Part shown: one piece after another, positions 12,096 to 24,797 of the stretch | How positions within the stretch are numbered: position 1 is the first letter of the stretch | How the letters are laid out: the number at the start of each line of letters is the position of its first letter | Assembly: GCF_030028105.1 (NCBI RefSeq) | Contig: NC_092380.1 | Coordinates: 69,871,717-69,935,716 of the forward strand | Length of the DNA stretch: 64,000 nt | Direction: 5' to 3' | DNA from: Mobula birostris | Taxonomy: Eukaryota | Notes under the pieces: generated by a model | Told to the model about the DNA's origin: nothing | The model's database searches: none | What the model saw: only the letters and a program-made list of their open reading frames with translations | Position numbers and translations under genes: made by a program

Positions 12096-13060
12096 GTTCC
12101 CCCACCATCATCTTTTCCCCTCCATGCTGCAGTTCCCTGTCAGTTTTCCTGCTGCCTTATTATTGAATTATTCATATTCAGTATATGGCTGCTTTGCAGC
12201 TGTCTATAGATACAGAGAAGCACTAAAGTTTCAGGATTTCCTTTCTAAACCTACAAATCATGTGGCATGGCCAGTGAGCTGTGAAGGGCAAAGAACATTT
12301 TATAAAAAAGACGCTGGATAGTTTTTCAAGAAGCGCATTTTCTAAAAATTGAAATTCCCAGAAGCTGGGCAGAAGGGGCTATGGGTGGACCTTACAAATT
12401 GGTAATAATAAATTTACAACAGTTCTCGGAACTATTAGAGAATATATGACCTAGAGTAAATGCAATGAAGTTTTCTTGTCTTATAATGTCATCTGTGATA
12501 TTGTATGTGTTGCATTTCTCATTTTAGTAACTGGATCACCAGAGAGGAGGTCATGTTGCCTCTTCTACATTACAGCAAAATTAATCATTAGAAGCTTATG
12601 GAATTAATGAAAGCTAATGTTTCCTATTTTTCCCTTTGAGCCTATTCTGATGTTCATAATTCAGAATATAAACATAAAAGTATGTTTTTATAAACAACAC
12701 GAGTTAAAGTCTCGAGTTAATTACCAGGTCTAGAATTTTTTTTAAATCACACCAATAAAACAAAGAGGATTTGATTCTGTATGAAAGGCAATTAATTTTT
12801 TGGAATTAACTGTTCGTAATTTTATCGTAATTGGTCTGCATGCTGAAATTCAGTAACTGAATAATAATTGTTTGGCTTTCTTTATGATATAGAGCTGTCA
12901 GTGTAGGTTGAAAGATGGATGCAAGGAGATGCAGGGACATTAGATATAAACACAGCAGGTGGAATGTAACATGGAAAATGTAACCTATTAATAATAGGCA
13001 TTAGAATGCCAAACAAGGAATGAATTACTTGGGATTTGATGGTGCCCACATTAAAAACAT

Positions 13061-13166
13061 GGTCCTGAAGAACAGAAGGATGTCGGCCTGAAACGTCAAG
13101 TGTTTACCCTTTTCCATAGATGCTGCCTAATCTGCTGAGTTCATCCAGTGTTTTCTGTGTGTTGGT
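13061..13166 (+). mobile_element. Short Penelope-derived insertion with degenerate hammerhead
   Basis: 10-bp TSD ttaaaaacat (13051-13060 / 13167-13176); gtcctgaagaa...ggcctgaaacgtc...tttccatagatgctgcc. Confidence 0.75.
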
Positions 13167-15094
13167 TTAAAAACATTGTGTAGGTTCATTTATGAGGAAT
13201 GGCAGCGTGTATATGGTATTGGGTGACATAGAACCAATTAGTTCATTTCTGTACAATTTTCAGAAAGGGATAATTGAAGGAGAGCATAAAAGCCCACAAA
13301 AGTAACGCGGATTGTATATTTTCATACAGCTCACAATTGTATGTGCCAGCTATTCACATTAAAATATATTTGGATAAATAAATGGATAGGCAAGATATAG
13401 AGGGATGTGGACCAAATGTATGCAAATAAAACTAGCTTAGGTGGGCACCCTGGTCAGCACGCACAAGATGAGCCAAAAGGCTTGTTTCTGTGCTGTATGA
13501 CTCTGTGACTCTATCTACCTTTTCCTGCACCTGTTGAGCTGTGAATTTCTGTATTTCTTAGCTTCCTCTCACATATTGTGTAATCCCTTGCTTTTCTTTT
13601 GCCTTCCGTAAGTACACTACCTCAGCATGTTTCTGCCTTCCTGACGCATCCATTGATACCTTCACGTAGCAGCATAATTAACACTTGGGTGGTATGGTGA
13701 GGGATTATGGGATTTGGCAGAAGAAGAGTGACTTGAGTTATAAATTGTGCTTCTTTGTACATAATTTGTAATTGGTAAGAAAAACACAAAGTGAAAATGA
13801 TGGAATTGCAAAGCCACTGATAAATTGCAAGAAATAACTTAAATGAATCTTAACAAAATGGAAGTAATTCAAGTGCTCTGAATAATATTGGTCACAGAGT
13901 AGCACAGAATGCCTTCTAAAAATATACAACAGTTGTAAGTTCTTTTTTTAATCATAAAGGAAGTAATTACTCAATTTTCTCTGTAACCATAGCTTGTTAA
14001 CAAAGGGAATTCATATGTTGAACATTATCAGCAGCAGAATCATTTTGACTTTGTGAACTCTGATGCTCTGCTGCAGAATTCATTTTCTAAAGATCAGAAT
14101 GGGAGATGGATGAAATATGTCTGAGTTCAGTGTGCATTTTTTGTATACAGAGTATGCTAAAGAATATAAAAATTGTTATATTATGTTCAGCATTTACTTC
14201 CATTCTCCCAGTTAAAAATCTGGGTTTAAACTTTTATGTAGATTATGATCCTAGAAACTTAGTAGTGATGAGTATAAGTAAAGATTTGTACCATTTCTCT
14301 ATTTGGATGATATGGATGGAGGAAAGCTCTATTAAGGTTCAAATCTTCATTCCCTTCATATACTCTGTCATTTTAAAAAATAATTTGAGACTTTAGATTG
14401 TGATTGATCATATCAATACAAGAAGATTTAATATTGTTAATCGGGGGGGTGGAATTAGACTAAGTATACAAACTATTGGGCTCATCTATAACTTTACCTT
14501 GTTATTTTTAAACCCTCCTTTTTATGGACAGAAGAATAATTTCTCCTTCATATAAATTATATGTTGTCTTTCCCACAACAAATAAGTATAATTTTCAATG
14601 TAATCTAGTAAATGATTCATTCTCTCAAAAACTGACCTTTGCTACCTTTCACCATCTGTTTTTTAAATTACTTTGGTATTAAATAGAATAAAATAAACGA
14701 GAGAAAGAAGTAAAAACAATTATTTGCATCAGAACATTGTAGAAAATCAACAGTTCTATGGGTTGAAAGATTGACAACTGGTGTATCTTTATCTTCTTTT
14801 TATTAATGTAGACATTTTGCTGTATTTTCCTTTCACGTTGTTGAATCTGGTGAATAAAATCACAAAGGTCAGTAATTAATAATTAATGGATGTTGATCAG
14901 CTAATTATAAGTTCTGCTAAATTAATCAATGGACTTCAATTTTCAAAGCATCCAAAAACTGCATTGTAACTTTCCAAGAGTCTCTGACAGCCTTTGATTA
15001 TCCAGAAGTTAATAACTTTAGTTTTAGCATTCAGAAACATGACCATCTTCTAAAATAAAAGGTGACTGAGGCAATACAGTTATATTCATGCATA

Positions 15095-15215
15095 CTACAC
15101 ATACACACACAACTTCACAAGCGCATGCACACACACAGAACTACACAAGTGCATGCGCATGTGTATGTGCACACACACGCGCGTACGTACGCATACTCCC
15201 ACATACATACATATG
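15095..15215. repeat. Alternating purine-pyrimidine (CA/TG/CG) low-complexity tract
   Basis: gtgcatgcgcatgtgtatgtgcacacacacgcgcgtacgtacgcatac. Confidence 0.7.
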
Positions 15216-16322
15216 GATTGATGAGAGTGCTTCAAGAGCTGGTTTAGACACAAGAGGCTAAATGATCTCCTCTATGTCATAATAAAATAGGAGAAATATA
15301 AACATGAGAATAGAAATATATATAAAAATATTTTCTAAAATTGAATTATTATAATTATTTTTTGAATAATATTCATTCCTATATTTAAGAACTTGTTATC
15401 GTTGACCATGGGTTTCCAATTATAATAATCATTTTAAAAGTTAACACTTGTGAGTAATGATTTAAAAATCACCATTTGGTCTGATACATCAGGGAAACCA
15501 AACACAGCTATTTCCAAAGACAGATCAGCTGCCGTTAACAAGCCTTCACCACCTTCTGTCCACCAGCTTTGATACCACTTGTATATTTCAATCTCTCTTT
15601 ATCAGTTCTCTGTCACTAACACTGCTTCTCTTCACTCCACAATCACCCCGTCACAGAAACATGAAATGTGTTTAATTTCTAACCTTTTTTTTCCAGTTCT
15701 GGTGTACATTTATCAACCTAAAATGTTAGCTCTGCTTCGTTGTCCTTTCCCTCAACCTATAGAGAGTTTGCAACATTTTTCAGCTTATTTTTCAGACTTC
15801 CAGCATCTGCAGAGCCCTGCTTTTTAAAATACATTGTTTTGTTATTTGTCAAGTCTCCCTCGTATTTGTTCTTTCATTAACCAAAATTCCCCTTAAACAA
15901 TCTCATTCTTAGAGAAGATGTTACAAATTTACTTTCAGCTGGACAATATTGACTTTGTTAGTAAAGATATTATATTCTCCCTAATTCATATATGGTATGT
16001 CAGCATTCATGTATTTCCCACCTCATCACTTCTGTTTGCAGGCTATCACTATCTTGCATACAAAGAATAAAGAAGAAAGCTAAACATTACAACACACAAA
16101 ATCAACTTTGTTTCAATTTCCATAAATGTTGCTTGACCTGCTAAGTATTTTAGCATCTTATATTTTTATTTTAGATTTCCAGCATGTGCAATTTTTAAAT
16201 GTTTTGACTGCATGACTTCCTGTTCCTTAATTCTTTTGTTAGTGTACACACTGTTTGATCAATTTTACTGAAATCCTATTTTTACAGTATAAAAAAAGTA
16301 CAAAATCTTGTACTTTTCGGTA

Positions 16323-16710
16323 AAGCAGCCAACGTAATCAAAGATCCCATCCACCTTGGACATTCTCCCTTCTTCTCCCTCCCTTCGGGCAAAAGATTCA
16401 AAAGCCCGAAGACAAATATCATCGGAGTCAAGGACAACTTCTATTCTGATATTAAATGAACATTGATTGGTCCCCTAGAATGATGAGATGGACTCTTGAC
16501 TACAGAACATATCTTATTATAACCCTGCACCTTACTGTCTACTTCTCTGCACTTTCTCAGTAACTATAATACTTTATTCTGAATTCTGATATTGTTTCTC
16601 CTTGTGCAACCTCATTGTACTGATGTGATTAAGTAATCTGTATGAACAGTATACAAAACAAAGTTTTTCACTTTTATCTCGGTACATGTGATAATAAACC
16701 AATTATCAAT
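16323..16710 (+). mobile_element. Rex1/Babar-type LINE 3' fragment
   Basis: KAANVIKDPIHLGHSPFFSLPSGKRFKS, then a 3' UTR ending gtacatgtgataataaaccaatt. Confidence 0.7.
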
Positions 16711-16853
16711 TTATCACATAGGGTTTGAAATTGGTCATCAAAGAGCTTGTTTCTCAATGCAGTGTGGTATAGTGGTATTACTGAAAATCTGATTATATGT
16801 CATGGAGAATGTACTGAAAACTTCATCAAAACATGTTTTACTTTTTGTTATAG

Positions 16854-17042
16854 AAGAAGGGTACTGTTGGGCCTCAGGACTCAAAGCTGTTTTGGCGTGT
16901 GCTGCGGCAGGCTTTTGGTCGCCCAATCATCCTCAGCAGCACGTTTCGTATTATGGCCGACTTGCTGGGGTTTGCAGGCCCACTTTGTATCTCTGGGATT
17001 GTACATCACCTGAGCGATGAAAACAAGACATTTCGTCCACAG
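16854..17042 (+). CDS. ABCC8: ABCC8/SUR1 coding exon (exon 6 equivalent; TM6)
   Basis: tttttgttatag|AAG...CAG|gtacaa; 189 bp. KKGTVGPQDSKLFWRVLRQAFGRPIILSSTFRIMADLLGFAGPLCISGIVHHLSDENKTFRPQ. Confidence 0.95.
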
Positions 17043-17819
17043 GTACAACAATTTTATTGCTACTCCAAAGCACAATTCTAGCATCTGTTCAGGTCAATCA
17101 GAAATCTATGTCATACAACCCAGTGTAGTTAGTTTGATCGTCTGTTAATAATACGCAGAATATCCCCATGAATTTATTGCCTATATTATCTGATAGTGCA
17201 CAAGTTCTATAACTCAGTTCAGAAATGGAACAGATAGTGTGTCAGGGATTTCTCTGTTAGGCATCCTGTTCTTCCAATTTATTTTAATGAGGACTATGTT
17301 AAGTAGCAACAAAATATCTTTGTGTTCATCTAACTGGCATCCTTCTTCAACTGGGTTTATTTTCTTGCTGTAATATTTGTATGTTCCTGCAGCACACTGG
17401 CCACACCATCGGATTAAACTTGTCATACTGATAATAGCTATAACATTGTAAAGCCAAGGTAACATGAAAAAACAGCAGGATTCTCAATCAGGCAGCAGTT
17501 TCCATGTTGTAAATTTTTTTTAAAAAACTGCTAAATGAGTGACGGTTTCAAAACAGGTTACACAAAGTCAATTACAGAAAAGATCACATTAAATTTAATA
17601 TCATGAGTTAAAAATAAATTCAGCTTACAGGTTTTGAAATGTCAAATCTTCAATCTTCTCTATTATTATTGAGAGCTAGCAATCATTTATATTAATTATT
17701 CGTTTGAAACTTTATTCAAAATTCATTTATTTAAATATTGCCACACATGTTGAGTTAAATTATTTTAATAGTTGAAATTAAACCACATCATATTAAAATA
17801 AATCATGTTAATTAGTTTA

Positions 17820-18857
17820 ATGCTTTTTGCATTATATGTCAATGATTTGGATGATAGAATTGGTGGCTTTGTTGTGAAATTTGCAGACAATATGAAGATA
17901 GGTGGAAGGGCAGATGGTTCTGAGGAAGTAGAGAGGCTATAGAAGGTCTTAGACAGATTAGGAGAATGGGCAAAGAAATGACAGATGGAATACAATCAAA
18001 GGAAAATCTGCAGATACTGGATAGCCAAGCAACACACAAAAGATGCTGGAGGAACTCATCCGGCCATGCAGCATCTATGGAATACAGTGTCCGGAAGTGT
18101 ATGGTCATGCACTTTGTCAACCCTTTCATTTCTTTCACCAATTTTCTAAATGTAGTGGAAATATAAAAAAACTGAAGTGCAAAGGGACTTGGGAGTCCTT
18201 GTGCAGGATTTCCTAAAGATTAATTTGTAGATTGAGTCTGTGGTGAGGAAGGCAAATGCAATGTTAGCATTAACTTAAAGAGGACTAGAATATAAAAGCA
18301 AGGATGTAATGTTGAGACTTTATAAAGTACTGCTGAGGCCTCACTTGGAGTATTATGAGTAGTTTAGGGCCCCTTATCTTAGAAAGGATGTGCTGAAACT
18401 GGAGAAGGTTCACCTAAGTGATTCCTGGTTTGAATGGCTTGTCATATGAAGAATGTTTGGGCCTGTATTCACTAGAATTCAGAAGATTGAGGGTGACCTC
18501 ATTGAAACAAGGGTGAAAGCCCTTGATAGAGTGGATATGGAGAGGATGGTTCCTATGGTGGGAGAGTCTAAGACCAGAAAGGTCAGCCTCAGAATAAACA
18601 GGCATCTTTTTAGAACAGAGATGAGAAGCAATTTCTTTAGACAGAGAGTAGTGAATCTGTGAAATTCTTAGCCACAGGCAGCTGTGGAGGCCTAGTCTTA
18701 ATGTATATTTAAGAACAGAGGCTGATAGATTCTTGATTGGTCAGGGCATGAAGGGATATGGGGAGAAGGCAGTTGGGGAAGAGAGGAAAATTGGATCAGC
18801 TGTGATGAAGTGGCAGAGCAGACTCAATGGGCCAAATGTCCTATATCTTACAGTCTT
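17820..18857 (+). mobile_element. CR1 LINE 3' fragment
   Basis: YVNDLD..KFADNMKIGG and LRPHLEY motifs plus CR1 3' tail; same family as 4035-5772. Confidence 0.88.
17995..18076 (-). mobile_element. 82-bp Penelope 3'-tail insertion within CR1
   Basis: Flanked by atggaataca duplication (17985-17994 / 18077-18086). Sequence is the reverse complement of the pLTR tail. Confidence 0.75.
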
Positions 18858-19024
18858 AGTGTATTCTTGTAATAAACTCTCTAAGTTCTGATAATAAAGA
18901 ATATTTGTTAACATACATGTATTACAAAGCAATAATTCAAGAACAGCTACATGATATACCACTCCCATGTATTAAATTCTATTATAATTACTTTTTCAAA
19001 CATAATAACAATAAAAGAAAAGTG

Positions 19025-19315
19025 CAAGAAATGTTGGAAAAATTCAGCAAGTCAGGCAACATCTGCGGAAAGCAAAGCAGTAAAAGTTTCGGTGGAAGAC
19101 CCTTCATCTTACATCAGAGCAGATGTCTTGCAAGACCTGTTTTACCAACACACACACATACACACAATTGTTTATTCATTTCCATAGATGCTGCCTGACC
19201 TGCTGAGTTCTTCCTGAATTTTGTGGGTGTTGTTCTGGATTGCTAGCATCTGTGGAATCACTTAGGTTATGATTTCCTGTTTTTATTTCAGATTTCCAGC
19301 ATCTCTGGTTTTCCT
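19025..19315. mobile_element. Degenerate palindromic Penelope-derived element
   Basis: aaatgttggaaaaattcagcaagtcaggcaacatct ... agatgctgcctgacctgctgagttcttcc inverted arms plus tail. Confidence 0.65.
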
Positions 19316-19830
19316 TTATAAAAATAACATCTTGTTAAAGATTTGCATGCGATAAAGTTATAAAATTCATAGATGATGTAAGAGGTAGTGATGAGGTTAA
19401 TACTGAAGAAGAAAGCTGTATACTGCAGGAAACTGAGAGGCAGAAAAATAGAAAATGCAACTAATTCCAATGACATATGATTATGTATGTAAGAGCAAGC
19501 AAGGCAAAAAAATACACAGTGAATGGTAGTATTCTCAGAAATAGGAACAGAACAAACTTAGCATGCATGTTCAGAAATCTTTGAAGGTCAGAGGTCATGT
19601 TGAGAAGTATGGGTGAAAGAGCAGGACTCTTCCATGTATAAGTATCAGACATTTTTTATACGCTCCTCTCCAAATAAGCCAACTTAAATAACTTTACATC
19701 CAGATCATATTTTGGACCCAATAATGTTTGAATAATTAAATCACTCAATGATGTTCATGTTGTCAAGAAATGATAGCTTCTAAAAATGCACTGCGGATGG
19801 AAAGTTACAGGCAACTTTTGGTCTCTGCAG

Positions 19831-19995
19831 GTCAAAATATTGGGCGTTTACTTCATTTCCTCACAGGAGTTCTTGGCCAACGCTTATGTTATTGCAGTTC
19901 TCTTGTTTCTTGCTCTTCTTTTGCAAAGGACATTTCTTCAAGCATCCTACTACATTGCCATAGAAACAGGAATCAACCTACGAGGAGCAATTCAG
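19831..19995 (+). CDS. ABCC8: ABCC8/SUR1 coding exon (exon 7 equivalent; TM7)
   Basis: ctctgcag|GTC...CAG|gtactt; 165 bp. [68 protein letters not shown] and GAIQ are diagnostic of SUR1 over SUR2. Confidence 0.96.
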
Positions 19996-22319
19996 GTACT
20001 TGAGCTTTGATTAATGTGTGTTCATTCAGGAGATTTGACATGTACAGTTTCCAATCATTTGTTTTCTACTTAATAAAGGACTAATTTTCAACCCTGAGGA
20101 GGAGCAATTCCAAACATATGTTGTTATGGCAATAGGTGTAATGTATTCAAACATGAACTGTAGTGCATATTTTAATAGAAAATATTTTTTTTTCTCTGAA
20201 TATTAATGATGGTAAGTGGATTGTGTGTTACTTATATAACATGGTTAAATATAGCATTGTGCTGAAGATGCAGCATCTTCTTTCCTGCTGTGCTTTCTGT
20301 AAATGTAAAATAATTGGTAACCCAAACACAGGATGTGCAGTAAACAATAAAAACACTCAAGTTGACATCAGGTAGTTGAAACTCAATATAACTGTTGCAG
20401 TTTTACACTAGAAATTCATACCACCAAAATCCCAGTCCTGATTTTTGGTGCACTGTGGTTTGTAAACATAGAATCAAATCAATAATGCACAATTTTGTAC
20501 TGTTTGTTCTTGGTACAAGGAAGGAGTAGGAGCACTAATTTTCCCCTCCAAGTCATCATTCTTATTTAGGAAGACTATAGGAGTGAAATTCTGTTGATAT
20601 AATAAATTAATGTTCTTCTGATATTTTTGTACCTGAAATTCAGGTATTTTGTATCATGTTGCCCACCTGCAAAAAATAACCACTAAAATAATTTGATTCT
20701 TGCAACTGGTGTCATGGGAACATTTGAAAAGCTTGTAAAAGCAGAAGTCAAAGGATGTTGTCCAAATTTCACTGGCATTGCTATGAAATTGCTGGACATG
20801 CACTTCTACTTTGGATTTGGTCGTTCCTTTCCCGAACATAAAATGCGTTCATGAAAAGTCAGCTAAATGCTCTGGTTTTTAACTGGAGACTTGATTAGTA
20901 GCTGAAAATCTGCTGAGGCATTGTGGAGTCATTAACAACTTGATTCGATTTTCATGAAGGTCTTTAAATCAATGAACAGTGTGAGTGTGAACTGTTGAGA
21001 TGACCTAACTTAATGTCTTTAACTTTCTTTAACAATCTTTTGCATTGACAGAACAGATTGAGGTAGGCACAACCAATTTGAAGGCATGTTATTTCTAAGT
21101 TCCCCTCCTCTTTTTCCTTATCCTTTTCACCTGTGTCATCCAATGCAGAGCAAGCTTGTAAAATCTGCCACTTAGATCTGATTTTCTACCCCTGCCTGAG
21201 AAATTACAAGTGGTCACTTGCAGGTGGAGGATACCATCTCCCAACAAAAATTTTCAGATTTGATGAGACAGTAGAGATCTCTGGTAGCACAAGGTACCAA
21301 GTTTGCAGATTTAACACACAGCAGGCTTAAGAATCATGTATCCTAGGCTTAAGAATCATGTATCCGTTATTAAGTTTCCAAATGACCCATCATGTCTGTG
21401 CAGATCGGAAAAGAGTTAATCAACTTAATCCTTTCTAAGATGCAGATTTTTAATCACTCTATCAGTTCTAATGTTTGCTTTTGTGTCTTGTGACACTATC
21501 TAAGGAATCTCTATCATTTTTTCATAGAGTGTGACAATCAAGTTTTATCCCAAAATCCTCTGATTTTCTCCTCACTTGCTGTGGTAGGGAACTGTATTGT
21601 GAATCTTTAGTGACAAGGATGAAAATAAGGACTCAGCAGTTAGGAAGATGAAACCGCCCCAAAGTGAAACACTCAAGTGTTAGCCTATTTAAACCTTCCA
21701 AATAACGTTTGAAATAATTAAAGGGAATTTAGCCTATGGATTTTGACCCACACTACTCTTACACATTAAAAGGCAAAACTGTTTACTGAGGCATAGAAAC
21801 AATATCAATTACATGCTAAAGGTCAGTTTGACCTTTGAAGGAACAGTGACGCTATAATTAAAATTCACTGAAGCCATATAACTGAATTGTAAAGATAGAG
21901 ATGTATGGTGGTGATAGAGGATAGACAAGGTTTTGCAAAAGGCGAACCAGATCAAAATCAGGACAGATTGTGGGTTAATTAGCAGCTTTGGGTATAGTAA
22001 ACCAGAACCCTGGAAGGACCAGACAGTTGATTGCATGAAGGAAGCTAAATCTGTATTACAGTATTTTATATGCAACCTTTAGGTTGGAAGTTTTCTGCTT
22101 GTATGGTCCAAGTCAATAAATAAATTAATATTTCACTGTTTTGAGCACAAGTAATCTTCTTGTGGAATGATGATGATATGAAGTCCATTTGGCAATAAGA
22201 TGGAATTAATACAAGAGAGTGGAGTGAGAAAATCAACAGCATTTAGCGAGAAAACAACCTTAAGAAAATGTTTTCCGACACATTTATTATTTACTATACA
22301 TATTATGCAGAAGAACATC

Positions 22320-22860
22320 AATATACTACACTAAGATTAAATTTTCTTGCAGGAATACAATATAAATATTGAAGTACTACACACAAAGACTGAGAACCAA
22401 CGTGCAAAATAAAATAAACTGTGCAGATACAAAAAAAGTAGATAATAATGAATAAATAATAGAGAACATGTTGTAAGTTAGTCATAGAGTCATAGAAATG
22501 TACAACATAGAAACAGGCCCTTTGGTTAACCTAGTCCGTGCTGAAAATTTTAACCTGCAATGTCCTTGAAAGTGCATAGTTTGTGGAATCAGTTCAGTGT
22601 TGAGGTGAGTGAAGTTATCCTCACTGGCTCAGGAGCGTGATGGTTGAAGGGTACTAACTGATCCTGAACTTGGCGGTGTAGAACCCGAGGCTCCTGTTTG
22701 CCCTTCCTGACTGCAGCAGCAAGAAGAGGGCATGGCCTGAATGGTGGTGGTCTTTGATGATAGATCAGTACTGCTTTCTTGTTGCAGCATTCCTTGTAGA
22801 TGTGCTCAGTGGTGGAGAGGACTTTTCCTGTGATGGACTGTTCTGTATTCACCAGGAAAT
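22320..22860 (-). mobile_element. Rex1/Babar-type LINE 3' fragment (with a short CR1 tail at ~22480-22550)
   Basis: Reverse complement resembles 1-393; degenerate QSITGK..EHIYKECC. Confidence 0.65.
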
Positions 22861-23729
22861 GTTTGCAAATATTCTGCTTATCTATTGGCAAGTGATAAGT
22901 AACTCAAATGAAAATATGACGTTCTGAAGTGATTAATATCACTGGGCCTCGTATCACATAAATCCATAGCATGAGTAATACCAACCAGTTGAAATGAAAA
23001 TTGAGTTGCTTATAAATCAAAATCCAACCTCTATCCATTATGTATCTCACCTGTTCATGGGTAACTTTTACCTCATGGATCATCAAAATCTAAAAATTTG
23101 GAGTGTTATATTACTGAAAAGACGATAAATATCTCAATAGACAGCTTTACATGATAGAAAGAAGTGGTGTATTTGGAGGTTAAATTAGATAGCCCACAGA
23201 AGCAGTTGTGGAAATCAAGAACAGCAAATTTTAATTGCCTGCACATTACAATGATTTTGATAACTAACCAGTATCTGATACACTGTAAATGGTTTAGTTC
23301 TTCAGCAGAGAATCCAATTTTATGAATAGATAGCTTGTTCTACTTAAAGCTAGTTTTAACTTTCTAATGCGCATGCAGCAGGAATGGGAAGTCATTGTGG
23401 AATTTCTAGAAACTTTCCAAAAGACTCAAGGCATGACATTAGAAAGAAAAGGCCCAGCTCTGTATGGCCTGATGGAGAGGATGTTAAATTTGATGTATTC
23501 ACTGGTAACCAGGTGATTCTCATGCAGCAACCTTCCATAGTCCCAGGACTTTCATTGTATCAAAGCACAATAGGTGTAGGCACCTCAAACTCAAGCATCA
23601 TTGGAAGATGAGTTATTAGTTGACGGTTCTACACTCTTTGGCGCATTGTGATATTGGTACATTTGGTCAGTGGGGGAAAAGTTTGTTGCTCATTCCAGAG
23701 TCACAGAACTCTGAAAAAGAAGTAGTGTG

Positions 23730-24126
23730 ATAGACTGTTAACACCGTAAATCAGCGAGTTGTTTTGTTGTGTCTCCCCTCTCACCGTGAAAGGGGACACT
23801 TCTTGTTCCCTTTATTAGTGGGAGAGAGAGCCTGTTGTACATCAAATTGTTGGGTGAACAATTAGTTTTTGTTGCACTGAAGATCATGGTCTTTCTTGGG
23901 AGCTTTGCTATTCATGCTTGGTGGGTGGAGGGTGCTGATGCTTTTTTACGAAAGTGGGTGCGGGTGGGGAACAGTCATGGTGTGCTGCTGCTTGTGTGTG
24001 GGAAGGGGAGTGGGGAGCTTTGGGACTCCTATGTCTTTACTGTCACTCACTCTTCTGGTTTCGTGGATGTCTAGGAAGAAAAAGAATTTCAAGATGTTCT
24101 TCTCTGATATTAAATGGAACTGTTGA
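23730..24126 (+). mobile_element. Unclassified interspersed repeat, LINE 3'-UTR-like
   Basis: GT-rich body ending tctctgatattaaatggaactgttga; family not identified. Confidence 0.35.
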
Positions 24127-24415
24127 GCTATGTGTTTGGTTTGGAAATTTTTATTTCAATTTTGCCTTTTTTATAATCTTATCTGAGAGGTAGCTGTAAT
24201 GATTAGCGACAGAGGAAAAAATTGCTGTGGACAGTTTATGAAAGTGAAATTTGGCCTTTGTCTAATGGTTGCACGATTAAATAAGTTGGTCATGGATGGC
24301 AAGACAAGAAAGGAGCGATGCAGGTTGCTGGCACCCTCCCTTTTCTTCATCCTCCGCTAGTTCTGCAGTTGTTTTCTGGGGAAGGACTGAGTTCTCTGAT
24401 TCCTCATCTTCTTTT

Positions 24416-24797
24416 CCGGTCCTGATGAAGGGTCTCGGCCTGAAACATCAACTGTACTCTTTTCCATAGAAGCACACATCAAAGTTGCTGGTGAACGCAG
24501 CAGGCCAGGCAGCATCTCTTGGAAGAGGTACAGTCGACGTTTCGGGCCGAGACATTTCTTCAGGACCTTCCTGACGAAGGGTCTCAGCCCAAAACATCGA
24601 CTGTCCTCTTCCTAGAGATGCTGCCTGGCCTGCTGCGTTCACCAGCAACTTTAATGTGTGCTGCCTGAATTTCCAGCATCTGCAGAATTCCTTGTGTTTG
24701 CGTCTTTTCCATAGATGCTGCCTAACCTGCTGACTTCCTCCAGCATTTTGTGTGTGTTGTTTCGATTTACAGCATCTGCAGATTTTCTCTTGTTTGC
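24416..24797 (+). mobile_element. Penelope pLTR fragment with a palindromic Penelope mini-element (24471-24702) nested inside
   Basis: 13-bp TSD tcttttccataga (24458-24470 / 24703-24715). The insert has ~95-bp inverted arms and a ~40-nt tail. Three hammerhead-like motifs. Confidence 0.88.

Noticed and set aside
10475-12209. Long ORFs of up to 497 aa (His/Thr/Leu/Ser- or Arg/Glu/Val/Cys-rich)
   Set aside because: Translations of the CT/CA microsatellite, which rarely contains stop codons.
20098-20111. gaggagcaattc repeating the end of exon 7
   Set aside because: Only 12 bp and no GT donor follows; consistent with chance.
24416-24797. CRISPR-like or prokaryotic REP array
   Set aside because: Eukaryotic intron; the repeats are Penelope pLTR sequence with TSDs and no spacer periodicity.
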